Shown one piece after another: positions 10,065 through 20,000 of a DNA stretch of 20,000 bases (positions are counted from its first letter, which is position 1; every line of letters begins with the position of its first letter). The notes under the pieces were generated by a model. The model worked only from the letters and a program-made list of their open reading frames with translations. It searched no databases and was not told where the DNA came from. This DNA comes from Acanthaster planci (Eukaryota): NCBI RefSeq assembly GCF_001949145.1, contig NW_019091361.1:4063650-4083649 (forward strand), read 5' to 3'. The position numbers and the translations under genes are program-made.

Positions 10065-11270
10065 GGTGGTTGCTCTTTCAAAATGGCTGCAGTGGAGACT
10101 AGATTCAAATGTTGCAGAATCACTAGAAAGCAATTTAACAAATGTATGTACGTAAGGAAGAAAACTTATACTGTACTAGTGGAGTTGCATGTAAGTTGGC
10201 ATTGTGGTGCTTATTTTCAACTTACCCAATTCTCTTGACCCAAGGTTAATTCCAGAACTACTCAGGCCGACATACTGGTATGAATCACACTTTCAGTCCT
10301 TACCTGATTGTGTGGGGTTTCCTTGGAATATTTGTACATATATGAACTGCCCGTATTAATATTTGGATATGGTTGGCAACAGTAGAGTCCTGGAACCATC
10401 CATAAACCTTGAGTACCACTAATTTATTTCACTCAAATTAGCTCAGAACCTGAAACAAAATCCTCATATTTTATCCCAAGAACAGTCCTGAAACTGTCTA
10501 ATGCAGTGTAGGATTCAGTGGGACTTGGAGATTCCAATGATGGTGGTAATGTTTACTTACACTCAGGAAGAAAGGACGTCAACCAACTTCACTGTTGAAA
10601 TCTGTTCATTTTTTTGTCCCATTAGGAAACACCACTACTTTGTGCAGGTCATGCCATAAGCCAAGTTTGAGTTATCAAACTACGACCGGCAGTAACATAC
10701 ACTGATATAGAAAACGGCCGCCGGCCCATACACATGGCTTCCATATGTGACATCAAGAGTCAGATGCAGCCAAGTAAATCCAGTTGTGACTTGTTAAAGT
10801 TATTACAAGCGCAAGGCCCCGAAGAATGGACCATGAGTTAGATTACCGATGCACACTAGTACACTAGGAACACGACTTCGTACATTTTTAGCTTCTTTCC
10901 ATTAACAGGTGAATATGTATAAACAGAGCAGCCAACTTATCCTCCAACTATTTCGGTAGTAAGGGACAGTGAAAATGTATCACGCACCAGCAAATGTTGG
11001 TGTTAAGAAGGTAATGCTATTTTAAAACGGGACAAAAAACGAACAGATTTGTAAAATGAATTTGGTCAACGTCCGACCATTTTTTACTGCACGAGTGTGG
11101 GGTCCAGGGAACGGAGGCGGGGAATGTAAATTTCGGAAACCCCCCTTTTTAGTTACTTTTACAAATAAAGGTTGCGTCTGGAAAAGAGTATTACTCGGGC
11201 AATGTGTCTTTGATGTCGTGAACCTATTTGGGTGACAGTTGGAAGAGGCAATTGGGCGAAAAATGTGACT

Positions 11271-11340
11271 TTCTTACCTGATATCTGTCAACGTAAATGC
11301 ATGGTTAACTTGACGCACAAGCACAGTCATAGCGGACTAT
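11271..11340 (-). promoter_or_regulatory. Candidate non-coding first exon / 5' splice donor of the endosulfine gene
   Basis: Consensus donor CAG|GTAAGA (exon end 11278) next to a CpG-richer segment. Acceptor candidates lie just upstream of the ATG (CAG at 10089-10087, TAG at 10125-10123). The 5' boundary is unknown, and other donors exist (10303, 10560). Confidence 0.4.
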
Positions 11341-11558
11341 ACAGGTACAAGTTATATGAGCTTTAGCAGTTCTCTTCAACATCACATTTAATACTCTTAC
11401 TCCTCAATCTGCTTTTTCGACTAATCAGAGATCTGCTTTCTAATGAAACTTTGCAGTAACCAATTACAGACACTCTACCAAGCAGGTTTGATAAAATCAC
11501 TATGTGGTTGTGTGCCTGCACGGTCTAGCTGTTGTATATACACTATTAGCTCTACTGA

Positions 11559-11618
11559 GTGGAGCGTTAGCATTCTTTTTTTTTTATTTTGAACGGGATC
11601 GGTCATACTAACGCTCCA
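11559..11618. mobile_element. Tiny Tourist/Harbinger-like MITE remnant (~60 bp)
   Basis: TIR TGGAGCGTTAG(C/T)AT at 11560-11573 / 11605-11618 (13/14). TGA on both flanks (11556-11558, 11619-11621). Confidence 0.6.
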
Positions 11619-11957
11619 TGACATTACATACAGGGTTTGTCCTTAACTTTTTTTCTCACTTGCCAGCCGGACCAACAGTAGTGATGGCTTTTTACTAGTC
11701 CGCCAGCATTTTCACTAGTCCGCATCTTCCCCCAAATTTCAATATTCTTTTTGGCATTAGTGTTTTCTGCTCCAACATCATGTGTACTCGATGAGTAATC
11801 ATAAATGGTCATGGAAATTATGAATTTCCAGAATATTCATGAGTATAACTCTACTCAACCAAATTAAACACACAAAGTGGTTACCTGCTGAAAATGGTTT
11901 GTTTTATTCACAATCCAAGAGACAGAAAAAAAACCCATATCATTATGAACAGTTTAT

Positions 11958-12066
11958 GGACATGTACATGCACATTTTATGCAGTATGCACATGTACCGG
12001 TACACACACATACATGTATGTACATGTACACCCGGCGAAATGTACATACCCTGTACAGTACATGTT
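11958..12066. repeat. TACATG/ACATGT-rich low-complexity tract
   Basis: Dense degenerate CATGTA/TGTACA units, which generate the TCTCT/MYMH-type spurious ORFs. Confidence 0.75.
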
Positions 12067-12093
12067 CATTCTAGACTGTGTCCAGTACCCGTA

Positions 12094-12464
12094 GGGCGCA
12101 TTCCACCAAATGGTTGTATTTCTGCTTGTGAGCTCATTAATATTTAGTGATCCTATGGGGTGATCATAGAAATATTTTTCTATAAATCCTGAATTCGGGA
12201 CTGATAATTTCCAGTTTGGGGTATTCAGAGCTGAACGCATAGTTTTACTACTATTTTGGAGGTATCTTCGGGGAAAGGCGAATAAAAATAAATTTCGTGG
12301 CTGACCCCCATAAAATTGAAATAATAAGTGATCTTCTGGCCACAAAGTTGAATTTCCAATGAAAAAACAGAGGCCGACCTCTTCCCAAGAGTCAACAGGT
12401 GACGCTATTTCGGTCTGATTTTTCAATGTTTTCTGTGGGCGCGTATTTGGTGTCGTGCAACCCG
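12094..12464. mobile_element. Nested MITE (probably Tc1/mariner-like)
   Basis: Degenerate TIR GGGCGCATTCCACCAAAT vs reverse complement CGGGTTGCACGACACCAAAT, with TA on both flanks. An ACCCGTAG direct repeat at 12087-12094 / 12460-12467 makes the boundaries ambiguous. Confidence 0.5.
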
Positions 12465-13089
12465 TAGTGCGTGAACCAAACATGAAATCACAACCGTGAC
12501 ATCGCTGAAGTCACAACTATCAATGACCAATCAGAAAAATCAGTATTGCATATTCACAGTAACGTAATGCGTACACACACATCATACACACGCGGCACGT
12601 CAACCGCGTGGGATGTATATTCATGACTTACACGTACCACTATGATGCAACGCATGAAAGCACGTGCTTATTTACATCTTGTACGCAGAATCAACGTTAA
12701 GTCATATCATTGTCGAGACGTACCGGCCACACGCGGTAGTACAGTAAACGGCACACAGTTAAGTGCGATCCCGCCGCATGGTGTTGCGCAACAGAAGTTT
12801 CAGACGATTTACTGCCGCCGCATTCCTAGACTTCAGTATTACTTCTGCTGGGCTGGTGTCAGGGACCGAACTATTCTCGGTTGCAAAAGGTTCTATTTTA
12901 TTTGGTTCAAAAACCAGCAGCAGCTAGAGGGCATGCATCACAATCAACTATTTCGCCGCTTGTTTCAGAATATTGATTTACTAGACCGCCGGACTACCCA
13001 GACGAGGGCTTTCGCTAGACCGCCATGGTTTTTACTTGAATTTGGCTAGTGGACCAGCATTTAGGTTGGACCCTGACCTATAGTAAAGT

Positions 13090-13526
13090 GACTACAGTTC
13101 TCCAAAATTCCCTGTAGTCAACCGTATTTGGTCGGGGCCCGTCTTTGCATGTAGGCCTACACTTGTGAACGGCATAAGCCTTATCACAAATACTGCAAAA
13201 AAGGAGCAAACATTGCCCCTTTCTCCTTCCCACAATGCCTTTCTACCATTGTGCAAAATCACCCGTGTAGTATTTACAATAAGGCTTATGGGAGTCCGAC
13301 ACTGATCAGGAAATATTTGCACATTTTTCTGGAAAACGGCATGGTTTGGGCCCATTTCTTTCTTGGTGCAAAATACAAATATATGTAAGCTACCATAAAT
13401 AGAACTCTTAAGACTTGGGGGAAATGGAGCATTTCTCTGGGTGGGGCCTACACAAAATCCCTGTTCGTGCCCTGTTAAAACATCATGTAGAGCCTTAGGC
13501 CCCACAAATACATGTAGGGCTGTAGT
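13090..13526. mobile_element. MITE with (C/G)ACTACAG termini, right end interrupted by the next element
   Basis: Left GACTACAGTTCTCCA versus right TGTAGGGCTGTAGT; removing 13527-14187 restores CTGTAGTG. Confidence 0.5.
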
Positions 13527-14182
13527 CAGGTCAGGGACCAAACCACAATCTAGCGACGTCCCTAATTTCTGCTTATGTCGCTAGTTCAAGTGGCAATGAT
13601 GTCATTGTCATCAGGTCCAGTGATAATGATGTATTTTTCCCACGCAATTTTGGGAAAATAACAAGATTTGAAATGCCGGCACCCAAAACGGCCACCTTTG
13701 GTGTTACCGTTGGAGTCTATGGCAAAATTGTTTTCGATCACTATTTTGGAAAATCGCCACGGTAAACATAAAATCGGCAACGATGAATCGATGGAGATTT
13801 ATAATGGCAACATTTTCATGCATAAAGTAAACTTCGACAAAATTTCATTTTTGTCACGTAAACGTTTTCATAGGCAGAGTTGGACTCGCCTGCCTACCGA
13901 ATTCGAAACTTCCAGTGCAAGATTTGACCGAAAAATCTCCTCGATCCGCTTTTATAGATACCAAATGAAAGGAAAATTTCATTTACGATCTTGGGTAGCA
14001 TGTTTCCTTTAAAGTTGATCGATCAGAGGATTTTGTTTTGAAGCTTTTGGCTGATAAAGAGATCGATGTTATCTGCGAACCGTGATCTAAAAATAGTTCA
14101 ATAATTACGTCATCGTTGCACAAACGAGCGGCATACGCATAGTCTGGCGTCGTCGCTAGTTTGTGGTTTGGTCTCTGACCTG
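13527..14182. mobile_element. Non-autonomous DNA transposon, 656 bp, long TIRs, 5-bp TSD; superfamily unclear
   Basis: TIR CAGGTCAG(G/A)GACCAAACCACAA(T/A)CTAGCGACG(T/A)C, 31/34 identical and extending imperfectly to about 75 bp. GTAGT on both flanks (13522-13526, 14183-14187). Confidence 0.88.
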
Positions 14183-14651
14183 GTAGTGGCTCTCTTTCAC
14201 AATCTGTCTCTTCTCTATCGCCACCACAGCCCTATACCATTACCAGTAGAGCCTATGGCCTAGAGGGTTCGTGGGAGCGGGGCGGACGTCGGACCCCACA
14301 TGGGGGTAGGGCTCGATTAGGATATGGAGGGACTCAACTCGTCTCAAGCTTCACGTTGACATTCATCGCCACCAGTTCCCCTGCAATGTTTTATAACCCA
14401 CGGCAGTGATACTTACATTAAAAAATATCTTCCTACTGATGAGATCTTCCGACGTCTGACCAGAAATCATCAAATATGCAGGTTTAATATACTGTAACTA
14501 CAGAAATCTACCTGCGCTGCAAAAAAATATGGAAGATGGCGCCGGTATTACTAAAGGTAACGCTTGAGGGCGCCCGTCCAATGATACAGTCAGAGCTAGA
14601 GCCACAGTGGTCAGATCAGTATTCACATGACTGCAGAGAGAAGCTGCCATA

Positions 14652-14825
14652 GGGGTGCAGACCACAAATTCAAGTGAGAATTTCTGGCCAGCTCATTAGC
14701 ATTAAAAGTGTCCCCACAGTGTCTTTTGAAAAAGGAGATTGTTTGCCCCCCCCCCAATGACGAGATTGTGTAAATCGTTGCCGGGATCAACTTCCTGGGT
14801 CTTTGAGCTTTCATATGAGAGCAGA
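14652..14825 (-). mobile_element. Truncated copy of the mariner-like MITE family (one end only)
   Basis: Highly similar to 19792-19959 (same orientation) and to the reverse complement of ~17520-17693. Confidence 0.85.
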
Positions 14826-15089
14826 TCTATTCATAGATATATTTTTTCTCAAAACATTTTATAATTAGTTCTTGCCTTGTTTTATCGGTACGTACTGACA
14901 TGGGTGTTGTTTAAATGCTTTTGTGTACGTGTGTCTTTGTACATTTTACGTATACTTTTTTGTTGAGTGTTTTATCCCAGTTTTTAATGTGTTTTTTCAT
15001 ACCCAGCCTGAAATTTTAACTGTTATAATTCTGTTTTATTATAAATGACGGACTTAACTCGGGGTAATCAAGAATAAATAAATGAATGA
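14826..15089 (+). repeat. Possible LINE 3' tail fragment
   Basis: T-rich tract ending in AATAAATAAATGAATGA; no coding remnant recognised. Confidence 0.25.
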
Positions 15090-17205
15090 CCCCTCAAAAC
15101 AGCCTTGAGGGCCCATCACCAATTTTTTGAAAATGGATGCCCACACTTCATTGTAAATAGAGCGATTTGGAGGGCCCCGTTTGGTCCGATACTTTCAGAA
15201 ATGCAAGCTCACAGTCCTTCTGGTAGATTCATCCTCCTTAAGTTCTCAACAAACCACCCACTGAGTCCACGTGCCACGAAATGGTCGGTCCGCACGAGCA
15301 ATTATTGGGCCTACTTACTGGCCTTCAACTAGTATGCAATATTGTAGAGAACGGTTGCGCCAACTTCGACTTTGGAACAAAAAAAGCCATTCCTTATGTG
15401 TGCAGCACAGCATGTAGCTATATTCCACGTGTAAAAAAATGTTGGTAGTTGATATAAAACCCAGTTTAAAAGGAATATACATGTTAATATGAACGGTTTT
15501 TGGAGCAAGCTTGCTCTTTATCTGTCTTTTCGTTATGATGCCTAAATCCTAGAATAGAGTGAGAAATGCATGTATGTTTTGGAAGGAAAAAATATTATCT
15601 TACCTGATTTGCTTGCCCTTTAGAGTTAAAAGCCAAGCACACAAACATAGTGTGGGATATAACGGTTGTGCTCACAATAATATTTTCAAGGCATCGCTGT
15701 GTCGCACTACAAGTTTTGTTCTTTCTTTTTCCGTTGATAAAAACATGTTATCAGCCAAAAGTCCATGTCATTTTAATGATAAGTGAACATCAGCTGAACA
15801 CCAGTCACAAGCAATGTACAACACATGAACATTTTGGTTGGTAATCCCGTTTCCCTCAAGAGGAAACTGAAAGTAAGATTACAGTGACCCTTCCATGGAT
15901 TCAAATTTCTAAGGGGAGGGGGACTCGGGGAACGATGGAGGAAGGTGCACGTGCCCGATGTCACTTCCCATCATAGTTACGCCACTTCTTTGTCTTATCA
16001 AAAAGTCTGGGTAGAACGGTCACAGTTCGGTCCTTCACCTTAGGTCTTCGTTAGATGCTGTTGGGAGATACGACGCACTCGTTGCAATTCGAAAATCCAA
16101 CGACGTCGATCATCCGCCCACCCGGTGCTAGACATATTTTCACGGTGATCTGTCCATGAGCTAGCTGGCAAGTATTCAGGTCAAAGGTCCTTTGAATGTT
16201 TCTGTACTATAGCATAATGAATAAAAATCATCTATTAAAAGCCTATTAAAGTTTATAATACACAGTCCAGAAAACGTCAATTTGCAACACGAGCTTTCAA
16301 TTGTAGCGCCCTCTAATTTCCAGGGAGCGTATTTGGAACGACAATATAATTCTACACTCAGAGAATTTGAAGGAAGCAGAAATAGCTTGGGAGGCAGATC
16401 AGCTTATTCAAATTCAATGAATTCTACAATCAATCGTTTTTGGAAATTACAGAATAAGTTGTTTATACGGAAGCCATGTGTCCAGGCTGTCGAATGAACA
16501 AAAATTTATAAATTGAATTTTCAAAACCTTGGCAACGGACGGTATATTAGTTCCACCTGATTTGGTATGCATACAGCTAGAGACGCCCTCTGCTTCCTCT
16601 GTCTTATAAAATGCCCCGTGCAGGATAATAGGATAAACAAATCAAATTCTTGTTGTGATCCACTGAGCCGAGAACATTTCATTGCCAACTTGTGACAGCT
16701 TCTTTTCCTCCATCTGACATTGCGCTCAGATTTAATGTAATATTGTAGGGCTGTTGTAGCCTGGTCGCCCCTTGTAATCAAGTTGCTTTGAGAAGTCTTT
16801 CGACATTTTTCTTACGGGCTGGCACTAGATTTATATATCAAAATTCACTTCAATAAGTATAACTAAATCCTGCATTTTAAATCTCAAGTCTTACATGGTA
16901 TAGCCGATGGGCGTACTCAAGGTCGTTTTTCAGTTACGATGAAAGCTCAAATTACATGAACACTGTGTGTCTCTGTTGTAAGAACAGTTGACTAGGAAAA
17001 ATGTTCTATCTCTGGTAGGCCCTATATTGTATTTTTCGACTTTCAACAATGTTATAGTTTCAGAATGTGGTTGATCTAATCACACATTCTCCATGAGTGC
17101 GTAGGGATATGGGAATTCCCCAGTTAAATCAGCGAATTATGTGACCTTCGAGCCTTGTGCACGTCTTCAAGGTGTCATTGGGTCCACGTGCACACTTAGA
17201 ATGTA

Positions 17206-17695
17206 CAGGGTGTAGTCCACTAATTCAGGCCCCATTGAAAGCAGTGTAAAATCAGCATTGTTTGGGGCCCAATAATATGCGTACCAACATCCCTGAGGCA
17301 TCTGAAACACACGTTAAATTATTGTATGGTCCATAATCTTTTACTTTCTTTTCAATTTTCTGTGGGTTAACCGATTACGTTTTGAGTTATTCCCTCAAAA
17401 CAAAATTACCCCCACAAAAGTGATTTTTTTCCAAAGTCTGCTTGCAGCCATATTTCAAGTGACAACCCTCAACTTTCTCGGGCACTTAGGACTATTTTTC
17501 AACAGTATTTTTTAGCCATTCTGCTCTCTGATGAAAGCCCAAAGACCCAGGGAGTTCATCCCGGCAACGATTTACACAATCTCACCACTTTGGGGGCCAT
17601 ATAATCTCCTTTATCAAAAGATACTGTGGGGGGGGCACTTTTAATGCTAATGAGCTGGCCAGAAATACTCGTTTGAATTAGTGGACTGCACCCTA
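17206..17695 (+). mobile_element. Full-length Tc1/mariner-like MITE (~490 bp)
   Basis: TA|CAGGGTGTAGTCCACTAATTCA ... TGAATTAGTGGACTGCACCCTA (20/22 TIR match); two further copies occur in the window. Confidence 0.85.
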
Positions 17696-17710
17696 CATGT
17701 AATTTCTAGA

Positions 17711-18062
17711 TGTCACGCCTGTCGGCCGCAAGAGACCTACAATGTGATAATTTTTGCCAGGACTTCCAAGGCGGGCTTCCAAGGTTTTTTCGCGAGTGCT
17801 GTGCGGTGCTGTGCTACACAACTGGGTGGATAGGCGTGGGGATGGCTCCGCTGGGATCACACAGATTGTAGCATTTTACACATATAATTGTCCAAGCAGT
17901 TTCATTATTTAGTGACGGTGAAATAAAAGGAATCCAGCCCGTTGGAAGTACCCAAATCTTTTGCCTGTTGAGCTTTCTATTTTGCCTGACCTCCGATTCT
18001 CCCCTTTGGTGGCGGACGGACCGCCACCCCCGAGCGATCGGCCGGGGGCTGTTACCGCTACA
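17711..18062 (+). mobile_element. Putative LTR (5' LTR of a Gypsy-like retrotransposon)
   Basis: TGTCACG...CCGCTACA termini, TATA-like CATATAA (17881-17887) and AATAAA (17922-17927), followed by gag-like remnants. No second LTR in the window, and no clear primer-binding site. Confidence 0.55.
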
Positions 18063-18502
18063 AGTGCATAAACAGTTATTACATTATTACCATGGAGCTA
18101 CAAAGCCATTAGCTCCATGATTATTACGTAAATACTGAGAATGACAGGAGACAGTTACCTGAAAGTAAGCCGCGCCCTCTGGGGCCCCTGAACATGCAAC
18201 TTAGTCCAAGTATCAGGATTTTATGTCCTCTGAGTTGGCCTGCATTTCTAAAACTTTCTTTGATTCGAGTAGCACGATAGAAAATAATTCTGTTATAAAA
18301 TGTCGACATCTGCCACCTAACGATGTTTGAAGATCAGTTGGTACTTCGGTATAAATATCATCAGGAGAGCACGCGTGTGAGTCGGCGTATGGCCAGGCTG
18401 GTATAAGGGAGACCTCACGAGCGTGTAATACCGATCCCAAATGACCTCGGACGCGCTTTGCCTCGGGCATGCGCCGCTAGCGTATCTATTGGTTCTAGCA
18501 TA

Positions 18503-19335
18503 GATATTAATAAATTACCAATATCCAAAGGAAATACCAAGTTGGGACGAATGACTTAGACAAACCTTGGCTGTGGGATTTCCAACAAGCGGTTGCTACA
18601 TATCTCCAACTTCACTAATGGAGGGTTTGGCAAATCATGCAAACAGCCACCCTTAAATTAATGATTCAACGAGTACCGTAGCTCCATGCAGTGTGGTTTG
18701 GGTTCAAGAACTTACGCCCAACTTTTGTGTTATCCAACTTTCTTAGACAATTCCAGAAGGAAGAGGAGGCGTGTGGATACAAGCCCAGAAGCAGGTAAGT
18801 GCATTTTTGAATATCGGAACAGGAAAAAGAAAAGAGGTTCTGTCGAAACTGTGTAAAAGCCTCACTTATCAAATTGTGGAGGCCATGGTTGATTCTGTTA
18901 GAGCCTCAGCATTCTGGGAAAAGAGCAGAGGTTTAATTCCAAAACTCGTGTAGCTAAGTGTAATTTGTGCTTCAGAAATGGACGAAAGCGCAGGACATCC
19001 TTATGCTTCATCTGATTAAAGAGCACTTGCAACATCGTTTCATTTAATGGAAACCTTGAGAATCGAATTTGTGTCCAATTTATCACAATTTCTTAGATTT
19101 TTGAATCTGCACATTGCTATTATAGCAAAGGTGTGTTGAGGTCCATTTTGGTTTGAATGCTGATGCACTTGAATGCCTTTTTATAGGGTGATGGGAAGGA
19201 AGAGGCATGTTAACTTAAATTGAAGTGTTAATGAATTTACCACCTCGAAAATTACTGGAGAATTATCCAACAACGAAGATTTACTTGAGATTGCGGAGGA
19301 TGTGGAAAGGGGGGGGGACATGTATCAAAGCCGGG
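18503..19335 (+). pseudogene. Highly decayed gag-like ORF of an LTR retrotransposon
   Basis: Across frameshifts: NKLPISKGNT/SWDE*LRQ/WDFQQAVATYLQLH/EGLA...FLRQFQKEEE (resembles gag LPxFxG..W..L.G.A and QxxxE motifs). Degenerate zinc knuckle CGGCGKGGGH at 19292-19321. Confidence 0.55.
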
Positions 19336-19791
19336 AGGGGCCGCCAACTACTTCCTCTTCTCACATTGATTAGTTCATACACCCTCAAAGACCAGTCAAA
19401 ATGTCCACAGTTGTTCTTAAGGTGGAGAGGATCCTTGGACATCAGCGCCCAATCGGAGGGGGAATATACTGATAAGTTTGCCTCTGGAGATATGTTGCCT
19501 TTTTTGGAGTCGAAAACGGTAACAATTTAGAAATGGCATCCCAGCCTTTTTGTTAGGATTCATTCAAGAATAAAGAATTATTTGGGACCGTCGTCTTTAG
19601 GGAAAAACTCCTCTCCCGATTAATACTTTAATTACGGTGCCACTGTTCGACAGGGTAATACTGGACCCTCACTCGAAATTATCGGTACCGTTTACTGGAC
19701 AGCGCGCTTGATGAAGTGGATGCTGAACCCAAGACAGTAATGACAAACGCAGCCCGACCCAAGTTACCCATTGCATAACCGTTTCAAAAGA

Positions 19792-20000
19792 GTGCAGACC
19801 ACTAATTCAAGTGAGAATTTCTGGCCAGCTCATTAGCATTAAAAGTGCCCCACAGTATCTTTTGAAAAAGGAGATTGTTTGGCCCCTAAAATGGTGAGAT
19901 TGTGTAAATTGTTGCCGGGATCAACTCCCTGGGTTTTTGAGCTTTCATATGAGAGCAGAAGGGCTAAAAACTACGGTTGAAAAATGGTCCTAAGTGCCCG
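19792..20000 (-). mobile_element. Third copy of the mariner-like MITE, running off the window end
   Basis: Reverse complement of ~17479-17691 (e.g. GTCCTAAGTGCCCG / CGGGCACTTAGGAC). Confidence 0.88.

Larger units (their letters stand above)
11631..13075. mobile_element. Non-autonomous hAT-like element (~1.45 kb) with a nested insertion
   Basis: CAGGGT...ACCCTG termini (CAGGGTTTGTCCTTAA vs CAGGGTCCAACCTAAA). The subterminal motif CTAG(T/A)CCGC is repeated near both ends (11690-11725; 12980-13025). No 8-bp TSD recognisable. Confidence 0.55.

Noticed and set aside
11839..13541. ORFs of 102-168 aa
   Set aside because: They lie within MITEs and low-complexity TACATG sequence, with no transposase motifs.
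14436..14470. CTGATGA...GAAA hammerhead or C/D-box-like motif
   Set aside because: The required stems are absent and the box spacing is too short.
16304..16318. CTCF-like TAGCGCCCTCTA
   Set aside because: Partial motif only; unsupported without ChIP data.
18213..19086. Series of minus-strand ORFs suggesting a decayed gene
   Set aside because: Better explained as antisense shadows of the plus-strand gag-like remnant.
1..20000. Prokaryotic systems (operons, CRISPR, defence islands), tRNA/rRNA
   Set aside because: The sequence is intron-containing eukaryotic DNA; no repeat-spacer array or RNA gene was recognised.

Overview
Eukaryotic (non-bacterial) genomic DNA. The frequent TACATGTA motifs and the repeat landscape suggest an invertebrate deuterostome such as amphioxus; this is an inference only. 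One protein-coding gene is well supported: a spliced alpha-endosulfine/ARPP19-family gene on the minus strand (3 coding exons, 174 aa) with the FDSGDY Greatwall site and an RKQS PKA-type site. It probably has a long 3' UTR and a non-coding 5' exon near 11278. The rest is mostly small non-autonomous DNA transposons with recognisable terminal inverted repeats (TIRs) and target-site duplications (TSDs): foldback/Harbinger-like, piggyBac-like TTAA, an ISL2EU-like element retaining a THAP remnant, hAT-like and mariner-like elements, and an unclassified element with a 5-bp TSD. A decayed Gypsy-like LTR/gag remnant lies between two inverted mariner-like MITE copies. Several strong hairpins occur in the gene's intron and putative 3' UTR. 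Most ORFs in the supplied track are spurious.
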